From contig CDROCS010005160.1 in assembly GCA_977020255.1 (NCBI GenBank), forward strand, positions 1-64,000: a DNA stretch of 64,000 nucleotides, written 5' to 3'. Below the pieces are notes generated by a model. That model was not told where the DNA came from. It searched no databases and saw only the letters and a list, made by a program, of their open reading frames with translations. The DNA comes from Obrimoposthia wandeli. Its lineage: Eukaryota. Made by a program: the position numbers and the translations under genes. Numbering within the stretch: the stretch's first letter is position 1; each line of letters opens with the position of its first letter. Below, piece after piece: positions 49,888 through 63,829 of this stretch.

Positions 49888-50205
49888 TCAAGTAGATCTT
49901 CGTATGGAGGCCCCAAACACCAGTTCTGTAGCGATAGGGCTTACATAGAGATGTGGTCTACCTGTTCTATTCTTGTTTAATTGTACGATCTTTCCATCTG
50001 TGTGGTTGTGTTCTCGATTTACGATGTGGTACATCGAGAATGTTGCCCTGCACATTGGACAGGATGGGAAGTCGAGGGACTTGGTGCTGTTGGCAATGGG
50101 TATCCAGGTCTTGAGGCAGTGAATGTGGAATTGGTGGCCGCAGATGTTAGGCTCTGCAAGCCAGTTCCAGATTGTCTTGTAACAGACGGAATATTCTCCA
50201 GACAT
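49888..50205 (-). CDS. RING-B 105 aa copy
   Basis: Identical protein. Confidence 0.55.
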   Translation of the reverse strand: MSGEYSVCYKTIWNWLAEPNICGHQFHIHCLKTWIPIANSTKSLDFPSCPMCRATFSMYHIVNREHNHTDGKIVQLNKNRTGRPHLYVSPIATELVFGASIRRST

Positions 50206-51154
50206 TGCAGTGGGTGAAGTGGTTTTGAGTTAGGACTCGGTTGAGGGTTGGTATGTTGTGTGATATTTACACAAAAGTGGCTGTGTCCTGTCGTTCTGCC
50301 ACACAGAAGAACAACCAACACTCTCTCAGTTTTCTATAACAATATTCCACTCGTACAACTACGTCCGCTTGGTTTGGTTCGATCATGATGTACTTTGTGA
50401 GTTGTCTTCTGCATACGGGGCAACAAAGTATGTTGGATGAGATAACTCTCCATAACTTATGATACATTTTGATATACATTCCTCGTGTTATAGGTGGTTG
50501 CAGGCATTGGGTCTTGCTCTTAGTACATTGTCAGAGTATAAAATAATCGCCATCAATGGAAAAAAATATTTTCAACTGGAAATATTTTATATAAACGATG
50601 TGGACAACTCCATTGCGATTATATTGTGCCGCTGTATTGTTCTGCTGATTTACGTTGTATATGGACACTTACAGTTTATAATAATTCATTTTAAATTGAA
50701 AAAGTCAATTCAAAACAGAAATGAACATCTTATACGTGACATAAAAAGAAAAGCTCTACAAAATAAGTTGATTGAATTAAGCACTGAATTAAGAGAAAGT
50801 GAACAACATTTCAAACTTTTAAGAAAAATATAATTGAAAAAGTCAATTCAAAAAATGAGTTCTTAACAGAAGTTGAATTACTGTATGGCCTACCCTTATT
50901 TGTCTCAATAAATTGAGGTCATTGCGTGAATTGTCAAAATCAAAGGAAATCTTCAGTTAAATAGTAAATTAGATTCAGTAATAAAAATATATGTCCGATA
51001 TGAACGCCTATTTCCGAAGCAATACTTATTTGGCAACTTACTGATGCGCTTTACTATTCGCACAACCTATAAAAGGTCACTAAATCTTTGTATCGCACCC
51101 AAATTAATCAAGTGTCATTATCCTATTGTTGGGGTTTCTATTTGAAACTCTTAT

Positions 51155-51472
51155 TCAAGTAGATCTTCGTATGGAGGCCCCAAACACCAGTTCTGTAGCG
51201 ATAGGGCTTACATAGAGATGTGGTCTACCTGTTCTATTCTTGTTTAATTGTACGATCTTTCCATCTGTGTGGTTGTGTTCTCGATTTACGATGTGGTACA
51301 TCGAGAATGTTGCCCTGCACATTGGACAGGATGGGAAGTCGAGGGACTTGGTGCTGTTGGCAATGGGTATCCAGGTCTTGAGGCAGTGAATGTGGAATTG
51401 GTGGCCGCAGATGTTAGGCTCTGCAAGCCAGTTCCAGATTGTCTTGTAACAGACGGAATATTCTCCAGACAT
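51155..51472 (-). CDS. RING-B 105 aa copy
   Basis: Identical protein. Confidence 0.55.
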   Translation of the reverse strand: MSGEYSVCYKTIWNWLAEPNICGHQFHIHCLKTWIPIANSTKSLDFPSCPMCRATFSMYHIVNREHNHTDGKIVQLNKNRTGRPHLYVSPIATELVFGASIRRST

Positions 51473-52421
51473 TGCAGTGGGTGAAGTGGTTTTGAGTTAG
51501 GACTCGGTTGAGGGTTGGTATGTTGTGTGATATTTACACAAAAGTGGCTGTGTCCTGTCGTTCTGCCACACAGAAGAACAACCAACACTCTCTCAGTTTT
51601 CTATAACAATATTCCACTCGTACAACTACGTCCGCTTGGTTTGGTTCGATCATGATGTACTTTGTGAGTTGTCTTCTGCATACGGGGCAACAAAGTATGT
51701 TGGATGAGATAACTCTCCATAACTTATGATACATTTTGATATACATTCCTCGTGTTATAGGTGGTTGCAGGCATTGGGTCTTGCTCTTCGTACATTGTCA
51801 GAGTATAAAATAATCGCCATCAATGGAAAAAAATATTTTCAACTGGAAATATTTTATATAAACGATGTGGACAACTCCATTGCGATTATATTGTGCCGCT
51901 GTATTGTTCTGCTGATTTACGTTGTATATGGACACTTACAGTTTATAATAATTCATTTTAAATTGAAAAAGTCAATTCAAAACAGAAATGAACATCTTAT
52001 ACGTGACATAAAAAGAAAAGCTCTACAAAATAAGTTGATTGAATTAAGCACTGAATTAAGAGAAAGTGAACAACATTTCAAACTTTTAAGAAAAATATAA
52101 TTGAAAAAGTCAATTCAAAAAATGAGTTCTTAACAGAAGTTGAATTACTGTATGGCCTACCCTTATTTGTCTCAATAAATTGAGGTCATTGCGTGAATTG
52201 TCAAAATCAAAGGAAATCTTCAGTTAAATAGTAAATTAGATTCAGTAATAAAAATATATGTCCGATATGAACGCCTATTTCCGAAGCAATACTTATTTGG
52301 CAACTTACTGATGCGCTTTACTATTCGCACAACCTATAAAAGGTCACTAAATCTTTGTATCGCACCCAAATTAATCAAGTGTCATTATCCTATTGTTGGG
52401 GTTTCTATTTGAAACTCTTAT

Positions 52422-52739
52422 TCAAGTAGATCTTCGTATGGAGGCCCCAAACACCAGTTCTGTAGCGATAGGGCTTACATAGAGATGTGGTCTACCTGTT
52501 CTATTCTTGTTTAATTGTACGATCTTTCCATCTGTGTGGTTGTGTTCTCGATTTACGATGTGGTACATCGAGAATGTTGCCCTGCACATTGGACAGGATG
52601 GGAAGTCGAGGGACTTGGTGCTGTTGGCAATGGGTATCCAGGTCTTGAGGCAGTGAATGTGGAATTGGTGGCCGCAGATGTTAGGCTCTGCAAGCCAGTT
52701 CCAGATTGTCTTGTAACAGACGGAATATTCTCCAGACAT
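52422..52739 (-). CDS. RING-B 105 aa copy
   Basis: Identical protein. Confidence 0.55.
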   Translation of the reverse strand: MSGEYSVCYKTIWNWLAEPNICGHQFHIHCLKTWIPIANSTKSLDFPSCPMCRATFSMYHIVNREHNHTDGKIVQLNKNRTGRPHLYVSPIATELVFGASIRRST

Positions 52740-53687
52740 TGCAGTGGGTGAAGTGGTTTTGAGTTAGGACTCGGTTGAGGGTTGGTATGTTGTGTGATAT
52801 TTACACAAAAGTGGCTGTGTCCTGTCGTTCTGCCACACAGAAGAACAACCAACACTCTCTCAGTTTTCTATAACAATATTCCACTCGTACAACTACGTCC
52901 GCTTGGTTTGGTTCGATCATGATGTACTTTGTGAGTTGTCTTCTGCATACGGGGCAACAAAGTATGTTGGATGAGATAACTCTCCATAACTTATGATACA
53001 TTTTGATATACATTCCTCGTGTTATAGGTGGTTGCAGGCATTGGGTCTTGCTCTTCGTACATTGTCAGAGTATAAAATAATCGCCATCAATGGAAAAAAT
53101 ATTTTCAACTGGAAATATTTTATATAAACGATGTGGACAACTCCATTGCGATTATATTGTGCCGCTGTATTGTTCTGCTGATTTACGTTGTATATGGACA
53201 CTTACAGTTTATAATAATTCATTTTAAATTGAAAAAGTCAATTCAAAACAGAAATGAACATCTTATACGTGACATAAAAAGAAAAGCTCTACAAAATAAG
53301 TTGATTGAATTAAGCACTGAATTAAGAGAAAGTGAACAACATTTCAAACTTTTAAGAAAAATATAATTGAAAAGTCAATTCAAAAAAATGAGTTCTTAAC
53401 AGAAGTTGAATTACTGTATGGCCTACCCTTATTTGTCTCAATAAATTGAGGTCATTGCGTGAATTGTCAAAATCAAAGGAAATCTTCAGTTAAATAGTAA
53501 ATTAGATTCAGTAATAAAAATATATGTCCGATATGAACGCCTATTTCCGAAGCAATACTTATTTGGCAACTTACTGATGCGCTTTACTATTCGCACAACC
53601 TATAAAAGGTCACTAAATCTTTGTATCGCACCCAAATTAATCAAGTGTCATTATCCTATTGTTGGGGTTTCTATTTGAAACTCTTAT

Positions 53688-54005
53688 TCAAGTAGATCTT
53701 CGTATGGAGGCCCCAAACACCAGTTCTGTAGCGATAGGGCTTACATAGAGATGTGGTCTACCTGTTCTATTCTTGTTTAATTGTACGATCTTTCCATCTG
53801 TGTGGTTGTGTTCTCGATTTACGATGTGGTACATCGAGAATGTTGCCCTGCACATTGGACAGGATGGGAAGTCGAGGGACTTGGTGCTGTTGGCAATGGG
53901 TATCCAGGTCTTGAGGCAGTGAATGTGGAATTGGTGGCCGCAGATGTTAGGCTCTGCAAGCCAGTTCCAGATTGTCTTGTAACAGACGGAATATTCTCCA
54001 GACAT
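53688..54005 (-). CDS. RING-B 105 aa copy
   Basis: Identical protein. Confidence 0.55.
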   Translation of the reverse strand: MSGEYSVCYKTIWNWLAEPNICGHQFHIHCLKTWIPIANSTKSLDFPSCPMCRATFSMYHIVNREHNHTDGKIVQLNKNRTGRPHLYVSPIATELVFGASIRRST

Positions 54006-54954
54006 TGCAGTGGGTGAAGTGGTTTTGAGTTAGGACTCGGTTGAGGGTTGGTATGTTGTGTGATATTTACACAAAAGTGGCTGTGTCCTGTCGTTCTGCC
54101 ACACAGAAGAACAACCAACACTCTCTCAGTTTTCTATAACAATATTCCACTCGTACAACTACGTCCGCTTGGTTTGGTTCGATCATGATGTACTTTGTGA
54201 GTTGTCTTCTGCATACGGGGCAACAAAGTATGTTGGATGAGATAACTCTCCATAACTTATGATACATTTTGATATACATTCCTCGTGTTATAGGTGGTTG
54301 CAGGCATTGGGTCTTGCTCTTCGTACATTGTCAGAGTATAAAATAATCGCCATCAATGGAAAAAAATATTTTCAACTGGAAATATTTTATATAAACGATG
54401 TGGACAACTCCATTGCGATTATATTGTGCCGCTGTATTGTTCTGCTGATTTACGTTGTATATGGACACTTACAGTTTATAATAATTCATTTTAAATTGAA
54501 AAAGTCAATTCAAAACAGAAATGAACATCTTATACGTGACATAAAAAGAAAAGCTCTACAAAATAAGTTGATTGAATTAAGCACTGAATTAAGAGAAAGT
54601 GAACAACATTTCAAACTTTTAAGAAAAATATAATTGAAAAAGTCAATTCAAAAAATGAGTTCTTAACAGAAGTTGAATTACTGTATGGCCTACCCTTATT
54701 TGTCTCAATAAATTGAGGTCATTGCGTGAATTGTCAAAATCAAAGGAAATCTTCAGTTAAATAGTAAATTAGATTCAGTAATAAAAATATATGTCCGATA
54801 TGAACGCCTATTTCCGAAGCAATACTTATTTGGCAACTTACTGATGCGCTTTACTATTCGCACAACCTATAAAAGGTCACTAAATCTTTGTATCGCACCC
54901 AAATTAATCAAGTGTCATTATCCTATTGTTGGGGTTTCTATTTGAAACTCTTAT

Positions 54955-55272
54955 TCAAGTAGATCTTCGTATGGAGGCCCCAAACACCAGTTCTGTAGCG
55001 ATAGGGCTTACATAGAGATGTGGTCTACCTGTTCTATTCTTGTTTAATTGTACGATCTTTCCATCTGTGTGGTTGTGTTCTCGATTTACGATGTGGTACA
55101 TCGAGAATGTTGCCCTGCACATTGGACAGGATGGGAAGTCGAGGGACTTGGTGCTGTTGGCAATGGGTATCCAGGTCTTGAGGCAGTGAATGTGGAATTG
55201 GTGGCCGCAGATGTTAGGCTCTGCAAGCCAGTTCCAGATTGTCTTGTAACAGACGGAATATTCTCCAGACAT
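54955..55272 (-). CDS. RING-B 105 aa copy
   Basis: Identical protein. Confidence 0.55.
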   Translation of the reverse strand: MSGEYSVCYKTIWNWLAEPNICGHQFHIHCLKTWIPIANSTKSLDFPSCPMCRATFSMYHIVNREHNHTDGKIVQLNKNRTGRPHLYVSPIATELVFGASIRRST

Positions 55273-56223
55273 TGCAGTGGGTGAAGTGGTTTTGAGTTAG
55301 GACTCGGTTGAGGGTTGGTATGTTGTGTGATATTTACACAAAAGTGGCTGTGTCCTGTCGTTCTGCCACACAGAAGAACAACCAACACTCTCTCAGTTTT
55401 CTATAACAATATTCCACTCGTACAACTACGTCCGCTTGGTTTGGTTCGATCATGATGTACTTTGTGAGTTGTCTTCTGCATACGGGGCAACAAAGTATGT
55501 TGGATGAGATAACTCTCCATAACTTATGATACATTTTGATATACATTCCTCGTGTTATAGGTGGTTGCAGGCATTGGGTCTTGCTCTTCGTACATTGTCA
55601 GAGTATAAAATAATCGCCATCAATGGAAAAAAATATTTTCAACTGGAAATATTTTATATAAACGATGTGGACAACTCCATTGCGATTATATTGTGCCGCT
55701 GTATTGTTCTGCTGATTTACGTTGTATATGGACACTTACAGTTTATAATAATTCATTTTAAATTGAAAAAGTCAATTCAAAACAGAAATGAACATCTTAT
55801 ACGTGACATAAAAAGAAAAGCTCTACAAAATAAGTTGATTGAATTAAGCACTGAATTAAGAGAAAGTGAACAACATTTCAAACTTTTAAGAAAAATATAA
55901 TTGAAAAAGTCAATTCAAAAAATTTGAGTTCTTAACAGAAGTTGAATTACTGTATGGCCTACCCTTATTTGTCTCAATAAATTGAGGTCATTGCGTGAAT
56001 TGTCAAAATCAAAGGAAATCTTCAGTTAAATAGTAAATTAGATTCAGTAATAAAAATATATGTCCGATATGAACGCCTATTTCCGAAGCAATACTTATTT
56101 GGCAACTTACTGATGCGCTTTACTATTCGCACAACCTATAAAAGGTCACTAAATCTTTGTATCGCACCTAAATTAATCAAGTGTCATTATCCTATTGTTG
56201 GGGTTTCTATTTGAAACTCTTAT

Positions 56224-56541
56224 TCAAGTAGATCTTCGTATGGAGGCCCCAAACACCAGTTCTGTAGCGATAGGGCTTACATAGAGATGTGGTCTACCTG
56301 TTCTATTCTTGTTTAATTGTACGATCTTTCCATCTGTGTGGTTGTGTTCTCGATTTACGATGTGGTACATCGAGAATGTTGCCCTGCACATTGGACAGGA
56401 TGGGAAGTCGAGGGACTTGGTGCTGTTGGCAATGGGTATCCAGGTCTTGAGGCAGTGAATGTGGAATTGGTGGCCGCAGATGTTAGGCTCTGCAAGCCAG
56501 TTCCAGATTGTCTTGTAACAGACGGAATATTCTCCAGACAT
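56224..56541 (-). CDS. RING-B 105 aa copy
   Basis: Identical protein. Confidence 0.55.
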   Translation of the reverse strand: MSGEYSVCYKTIWNWLAEPNICGHQFHIHCLKTWIPIANSTKSLDFPSCPMCRATFSMYHIVNREHNHTDGKIVQLNKNRTGRPHLYVSPIATELVFGASIRRST

Positions 56542-57491
56542 TGCAGTGGGTGAAGTGGTTTTGAGTTAGGACTCGGTTGAGGGTTGGTATGTTGTGTGAT
56601 ATTTACACAAAAGTGGCTGTGTCCTGTCGTTCTGCCACACAGAAGAACAACCAACACTCTCTCAGTTTTCTATAACAATATTCCACTCGTACAACTACGT
56701 CCGCTTGGTTTGGTTCGATCATGATGTACTTTGTGAGTTGTCTTCTGCATACGGGGCAACAAAGTATGTTGGATGAGATAACTCTCCATAACTTATGATA
56801 CATTTTGATATACATTCCTCGTGTTATAGGTGGTTGCAGGCATTGGGTCTTGCTCTTCGTACATTGTCAGAGTATAAAATAATCGCCATCAATGGAAAAA
56901 AATATTTTCAACTGGAAATATTTTATATAAACGATGTGGACAACTCCATTGCGATTATATTGTGCCGCTGGATTGTTCTGCTGATTTACGTTGTATATGG
57001 ACACTTACAGTTTATAATAATTCATTTTAAATTGAAAAAGTCAATTCAAAACAGAAATGAACATCTTATACGTGACATAAAAAGAAAAGCTCTACAAAAT
57101 AAGTTGATTGAATTAAGCACTGAATTAAGAGAAAGTGAACAACATTTCAAACTTTTAAGAAAAATATAATTGAAAAAGTCAATTCAAAAAAATGAGTTCT
57201 TAACAGAAGTTGAATTACTGTATGGCCTACCCTTATTTGTCTCAATAAATTGAGGTCATTGCGTGAATTGTCAAAATCAAAGGAAATCTTCAGTTAAATA
57301 GTAAATTAGATTCAGTAATAAAAATATATGTCCGATATGAACGCCTATTTCCGAAGCAATACTTATTTGGCAACTTACTGATGCGCTTTACTATTCGCAC
57401 AACCTATAAAAGGTCACTAAATCTTTGTATCGCACCTAAATTAATCAAGTGTCATTATCCTATTGTTGGGGTTTCTATTTGAAACTCTTAT

Positions 57492-57809
57492 TCAAGTAGA
57501 TCTTCGTATGGAGGCCCCAAACACCAGTTCTGTAGCGATAGGGCTTACATAGAGATGTGGTCTACCTGTTCTATTCTTGTTTAATTGTACGATCTTTCCA
57601 TCTGTGTGGTTGTGTTCTCGATTTACGATGTGGTACATCGAGAATGTTGCCCTGCACATTGGACAGGATGGGAAGTCGAGGGACTTGGTGCTGTTGGCAA
57701 TGGGTATCCAGGTCTTGAGGCAGTGAATGTGGAATTGGTGGCCGCAGATGTTAGGCTCTGCAAGCCAGTTCCAGATTGTCTTGTAACAGACGGAATATTC
57801 TCCAGACAT
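57492..57809 (-). CDS. RING-B 105 aa copy
   Basis: Identical protein. Confidence 0.55.
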   Translation of the reverse strand: MSGEYSVCYKTIWNWLAEPNICGHQFHIHCLKTWIPIANSTKSLDFPSCPMCRATFSMYHIVNREHNHTDGKIVQLNKNRTGRPHLYVSPIATELVFGASIRRST

Positions 57810-58758
57810 TGCAGTGGGTGAAGTGGTTTTGAGTTAGGACTCGGTTGAGGGTTGGTATGTTGTGTGATATTTACACAAAAGTGGCTGTGTCCTGTCGTTC
57901 TGCCACACAGAAGAACAACCAACACTCTCTCAGTTTTCTATAACAATATTCCACTCGTACAACTACGTCCGCTTGGTTTGGTTCGATCATGATGTACTTT
58001 GTGAGTTGTCTTCTGCATACGGGGCAACAAAGTATGTTGGATGAGATAACTCTCCATAACTTATGATACATTTTGATATACATTCCTCGTGTTATAGGTG
58101 GTTGCAGGCATTGGGTCTTGCTCTTCGTACATTGTCAGAGTATAAAATAATCGCCATCAATGGAAAAAAATATTTTCAACTGGAAATATTTTATATAAAC
58201 GATGTGGACAACTCCATTGCGATTATATTGTGCCGCTGTATTGTTCTGCTGATTTACGTTGTATATGGACACTTACAGTTTATAATAATTCATTTTAAAT
58301 TGAAAAAGTCAATTCAAAACAGAAATGAACATCTTATACGTGACATAAAAAGAAAAGCTCTACAAAATAAGTTGATTGAATTAAGCACTGAATTAAGAGA
58401 AAGTGAACAACATTTCAAACTTTTAAGAAAAATATAATTGAAAAAGTCAATTCAAAAAATGAGTTCTTAACAGAAGTTGAATTACTGTATGGCCTACCCT
58501 TATTTGTCTCAATAAATTGAGGTCATTGCGTGAATTGTCAAAATCAAAGGAAATCTTCAGTTAAATAGTAAATTAGATTCAGTAATAAAAATATATGTCC
58601 GATATGAACGCCTATTTCCGAAGCAATACTTATTTGGCAACTTACTGATGCGCTTTACTATTCGCACAACCTATAAAAGGTCACTAAATCTTTGTATCGC
58701 ACCTAAATTAATCAAGTGTCATTATCCTATTGTTGGGGTTTCTATTTGAAACTCTTAT

Positions 58759-59076
58759 TCAAGTAGATCTTCGTATGGAGGCCCCAAACACCAGTTCTGT
58801 AGCGATAGGGCTTACATAGAGATGTGGTCTACCTGTTCTATTCTTGTTTAATTGTACGATCTTTCCATCTGTGTGGTTGTGTTCTCGATTTACGATGTGG
58901 TACATCGAGAATGTTGCCCTGCACATTGGACAGGATGGGAAGTCGAGGGACTTGGTGCTGTTGGCAATGGGTATCCAGGTCTTGAGGCAGTGAATGTGGA
59001 ATTGGTGGCCGCAGATGTTAGGCTCTGCAAGCCAGTTCCAGATTGTCTTGTAACAGACGGAATATTCTCCAGACAT
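58759..59076 (-). CDS. RING-B 105 aa copy
   Basis: Identical protein. Confidence 0.55.
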   Translation of the reverse strand: MSGEYSVCYKTIWNWLAEPNICGHQFHIHCLKTWIPIANSTKSLDFPSCPMCRATFSMYHIVNREHNHTDGKIVQLNKNRTGRPHLYVSPIATELVFGASIRRST

Positions 59077-60025
59077 TGCAGTGGGTGAAGTGGTTTTGAG
59101 TTAGGACTCGGTTGAGGGTTGGTATGTTGTGTGATATTTACACAAAAGTGGCTGTGTCCTGTCGTTCTGCCACACAGAAGAACAACCAACACTCTCTCAG
59201 TTTTCTATAACAATATTCCACTCGTACAACTACGTCCGCTTGGTTTGGTTCGATCATGATGTACTTTGTGAGTTGTCTTCTGCATACGGGGCAACAAAGT
59301 ATGTTGGATGAGATAACTCTCCATAACTTATGATACATTTTGATATACATTCCTCGTGTTATAGGTGGTTGCAGGCATTGGGTCTTGCTCTTCGTACATT
59401 GTCAGAGTATAAAATAATCGCCATCAATGGAAAAAAATATTTTCAACTGGAAATATTTTATATAAACGATGTGGACAACTCCATTGCGATTATATTGTGC
59501 CGCTGTATTGTTCTGCTGATTTACGTTGTATATGGACACTTACAGTTTATAATAATTCATTTTAAATTGAAAAAGTCAATTCAAAACAGAAATGAACATC
59601 TTATACGTGACATAAAAAGAAAAGCTCTACAAAATAAGTTGATTGAATTAAGCACTGAATTAAGAGAAAGTGAACAACATTTCAAACTTTTAAGAAAAAT
59701 ATAATTGAAAAAGTCAATTCAAAAAATGAGTTCTTAACAGAAGTTGAATTACTGTATGGCCTACCCTTATTTGTCTCAATAAATTGAGGTCATTGCGTGA
59801 ATTGTCAAAATCAAAGGAAATCTTCAGTTAAATAGTAAATTAGATTCAGTAATAAAAATATATGTCCGATATGAACGCCTATTTCCGAAGCAATACTTAT
59901 TTGGCAACTTACTGATGCGCTTTACTATTCGCACAACCTATAAAAGGTCACTAAATCTTTGTATCGCACCTAAATTAATCAAGTGTCATTATCCTATTGT
60001 TGGGGTTTCTATTTGAAACTCTTAT

Positions 60026-60343
60026 TCAAGTAGATCTTCGTATGGAGGCCCCAAACACCAGTTCTGTAGCGATAGGGCTTACATAGAGATGTGGTCTACC
60101 TGTTCTATTCTTGTTTAATTGTACGATCTTTCCATCTGTGTGGTTGTGTTCTCGATTTACGATGTGGTACATCGAGAATGTTGCCCTGCACATTGGACAG
60201 GATGGGAAGTCGAGGGACTTGGTGCTGTTGGCAATGGGTATCCAGGTCTTGAGGCAGTGAATGTGGAATTGGTGGCCGCAGATGTTAGGCTCTGCAAGCC
60301 AGTTCCAGATTGTCTTGTAACAGACGGAATATTCTCCAGACAT
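60026..60343 (-). CDS. RING-B 105 aa copy
   Basis: Identical protein. Confidence 0.55.
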   Translation of the reverse strand: MSGEYSVCYKTIWNWLAEPNICGHQFHIHCLKTWIPIANSTKSLDFPSCPMCRATFSMYHIVNREHNHTDGKIVQLNKNRTGRPHLYVSPIATELVFGASIRRST

Positions 60344-61292
60344 TGCAGTGGGTGAAGTGGTTTTGAGTTAGGACTCGGTTGAGGGTTGGTATGTTGTGTG
60401 ATATTTACACAAAAGTGGCTGTGTCCTGTCGTTCTGCCACACAGAAGAACAACCAACACTCTCTCAGTTTTCTATAACAATATTCCACTCGTACAACTAC
60501 GTCCGCTTGGTTTGGTTCGATCATGATGTACTTTGTGAGTTGTCTTCTGCATACGGGGCAACAAAGTATGTTGGATGAGATAACTCTCCATAACTTATGA
60601 TACATTTTGATATACATTCCTCGTGTTATAGGTGGTTGCAGGCATTGGGTCTTGCTCTTCGTACATTGTCAGAGTATAAAATAATCGCCATCAATGGAAA
60701 AAAATATTTTCAACTGGAAATATTTTATATAAACGATGTGGACAACTCCATTGCGATTATATTGTGCCGCTGTATTGTTCTGCTGATTTACGTTGTATAT
60801 GGACACTTACAGTTTATAATAATTCATTTTAAATTGAAAAAGTCAATTCAAAACAGAAATGAACATCTTATACGTGACATAAAAAGAAAAGCTCTACAAA
60901 ATAAGTTGATTGAATTAAGCACTGAATTAAGAGAAAGTGAACAACATTTCAAACTTTTAAGAAAAATATAATTGAAAAAGTCAATTCAAAAAATGAGTTC
61001 TTAACAGAAGTTGAATTACTGTATGGCCTACCCTTATTTGTCTCAATAAATTGAGGTCATTGCGTGAATTGTCAAAATCAAAGGAAATCTTCAGTTAAAT
61101 AGTAAATTAGATTCAGTAATAAAAATATATGTCCGATATGAACGCCTATTTCCGAAGCAATACTTATTTGGCAACTTACTGATGCGCTTTACTATTCGCA
61201 CAACCTATAAAAGGTCACTAAATCTTTGTATCGCACCTAAATTAATCAAGTGTCATTATCCTATTGTTGGGGTTTCTATTTGAAACTCTTAT

Positions 61293-61610
61293 TCAAGTAG
61301 ATCTTCGTATGGAGGCCCCAAACACCAGTTCTGTAGCGATAGGGCTTACATAGAGATGTGGTCTACCTGTTCTATTCTTGTTTAATTGTACGATCTTTCC
61401 ATCTGTGTGGTTGTGTTCTCGATTTACGATGTGGTACATCGAGAATGTTGCCCTGCACATTGGACAGGATGGGAAGTCGAGGGACTTGGTGCTGTTGGCA
61501 ATGGGTATCCAGGTCTTGAGGCAGTGAATGTGGAATTGGTGGCCGCAGATGTTAGGCTCTGCAAGCCAGTTCCAGATTGTCTTGTAACAGACGGAATATT
61601 CTCCAGACAT
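61293..61610 (-). CDS. RING-B 105 aa copy
   Basis: Identical protein. Confidence 0.55.
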   Translation of the reverse strand: MSGEYSVCYKTIWNWLAEPNICGHQFHIHCLKTWIPIANSTKSLDFPSCPMCRATFSMYHIVNREHNHTDGKIVQLNKNRTGRPHLYVSPIATELVFGASIRRST

Positions 61611-62561
61611 TGCAGTGGGTGAAGTGGTTTTGAGTTAGGACTCGGTTGAGGGTTGGTATGTTGTGTGATATTTACACAAAAGTGGCTGTGTCCTGTCGTT
61701 CTGCCACACAGAAGAACAACCAACACTCTCTCAGTTTTCTATAACAATATTCCACTCGTACAACTACGTCCGCTTGGTTTGGTTCGATCATGATGTACTT
61801 TGTGAGTTGTCTTCTGCATACGGGGCAACAAAGTATGTTGGATGAGATAACTCTCCATAACTTATGATACATTTTGATATACATTCCTCGTGTTATAGGT
61901 GGTTGCAGGCATTGGGTCTTGCTCTTCGTACATTGTCAGAGTATAAAATAATCGCCATCAATGGAAAAAAATATTTTCAACTGGAAATATTTTATATAAA
62001 CGATGTGGACAACTCCATTGCGATTATATTGTGCCGCTGTATTGTTCTGCTGATTTACGTTGTATATGGACACTTACAGTTTATAATAATTCATTTTAAA
62101 TTGAAAAAGTCAATTCAAAACAGAAATGAACATCTTATACGTGACATAAAAAGAAAAGCTCTACAAAATAAGTTGATTGAATTAAGCACTGAATTAAGAG
62201 AAAGTGAACAACATTTCAAACTTTTAAGAAAAATATAATTGAAAAAGTCAATTCAAAAAATTTGAGTTCTTAACAGAAGTTGAATTACTGTATGGCCTAC
62301 CCTTATTTGTCTCAATAAATTGAGGTCATTGCGTGAATTGTCAAAATCAAAGGAAATCTTCAGTTAAATAGTAAATTAGATTCAGTAATAAAAATATATG
62401 TCCGATATGAACGCCTATTTCCGAAGCAATACTTATTTGGCAACTTACTGATGCGCTTTACTATTCGCACAACCTATAAAAGGTCACTAAATCTTTGTAT
62501 CGCACCCAAATTAATCAAGTGTCATTATCCTATTGTTGGGGTTTCTATTTGAAACTCTTAT

Positions 62562-62879
62562 TCAAGTAGATCTTCGTATGGAGGCCCCAAACACCAGTTC
62601 TGTAGCGATAGGGCTTACATAGAGATGTGGTCTACCTGTTCTATTCTTGTTTAATTGTACGATCTTTCCATCTGTGTGGTTGTGTTCTCGATTTACGATG
62701 TGGTACATCGAGAATGTTGCCCTGCACATTGGACAGGATGGGAAGTCGAGGGACTTGGTGCTGTTGGCAATGGGTATCCAGGTCTTGAGGCAGTGAATGT
62801 GGAATTGGTGGCCGCAGATGTTAGGCTCTGCAAGCCAGTTCCAGATTGTCTTGTAACAGACGGAATATTCTCCAGACAT
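62562..62879 (-). CDS. RING-B 105 aa copy
   Basis: Identical protein. Confidence 0.55.
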   Translation of the reverse strand: MSGEYSVCYKTIWNWLAEPNICGHQFHIHCLKTWIPIANSTKSLDFPSCPMCRATFSMYHIVNREHNHTDGKIVQLNKNRTGRPHLYVSPIATELVFGASIRRST

Positions 62880-63829
62880 TGCAGTGGGTGAAGTGGTTTT
62901 GAGTTAGGACTCGGTTGAGGGTTGGTATGTTGTGTGATATTTACACAAAAGTGGCTGTGTCCTGTCGTTCTGCCACACAGAAGAACAACCAACACTCTCT
63001 CAGTTTTCTATAACAATATTCCACTCGTACAACTACGTCCGCTTGGTTTGGTTCGATCATGATGTACTTTGTGAGTTGTCTTCTGCATACGGGGCAACAA
63101 AGTATGTTGGATGAGATAACTCTCCATAACTTATGATACATTTTGATATACATTCCTCGTGTTATAGGTGGTTGCAGGCATTGGGTCTTGCTCTTAGTAC
63201 ATTGTCAGAGTATAAAATAATCGCCATCAATGGAAAAAAATATTTTCAACTGGAAATATTTTATATAAACGATGTGGACAACTCCATTGCGATTATATTG
63301 TGCCGCTGGATTGTTCTGCTGATTTACGTTGTATATGGACACTTACAGTTTATAATAATTCATTTTAAATTGAAAAAGTCAATTCAAAACAGAAATGAAC
63401 ATCTTATACGTGACATAAAAAGAAAAGCTCTACAAAATAAGTTGATTGAATTAAGCACTGAATTAAGAGAAAGTGAACAACATTTCAAACTTTTAAGAAA
63501 AATATAATTGAAAAAGTCAATTCAAAAAAATGAGTTCTTAACAGAAGTTGAATTACTGTATGGCCTACCCTTATTTGTCTCAATAAATTGAGGTCATTGC
63601 GTGAATTGTCAAAATCAAAGGAAATCTTCAGTTAAATAGTAAATTAGATTCAGTAATAAAAATATATGTCCGATATGAACGCCTATTTCCGAAGCAATAC
63701 TTATTTGGCAACTTACTGATGCGCTTTACTATTCGCACAACCTATAAAAGGTCACTAAATCTTTGTATCGCACCCAAATTAATCAAGTGTCATTATCCTA
63801 TTGTTGGGGTTTCTATTTGAAACTCTTAT

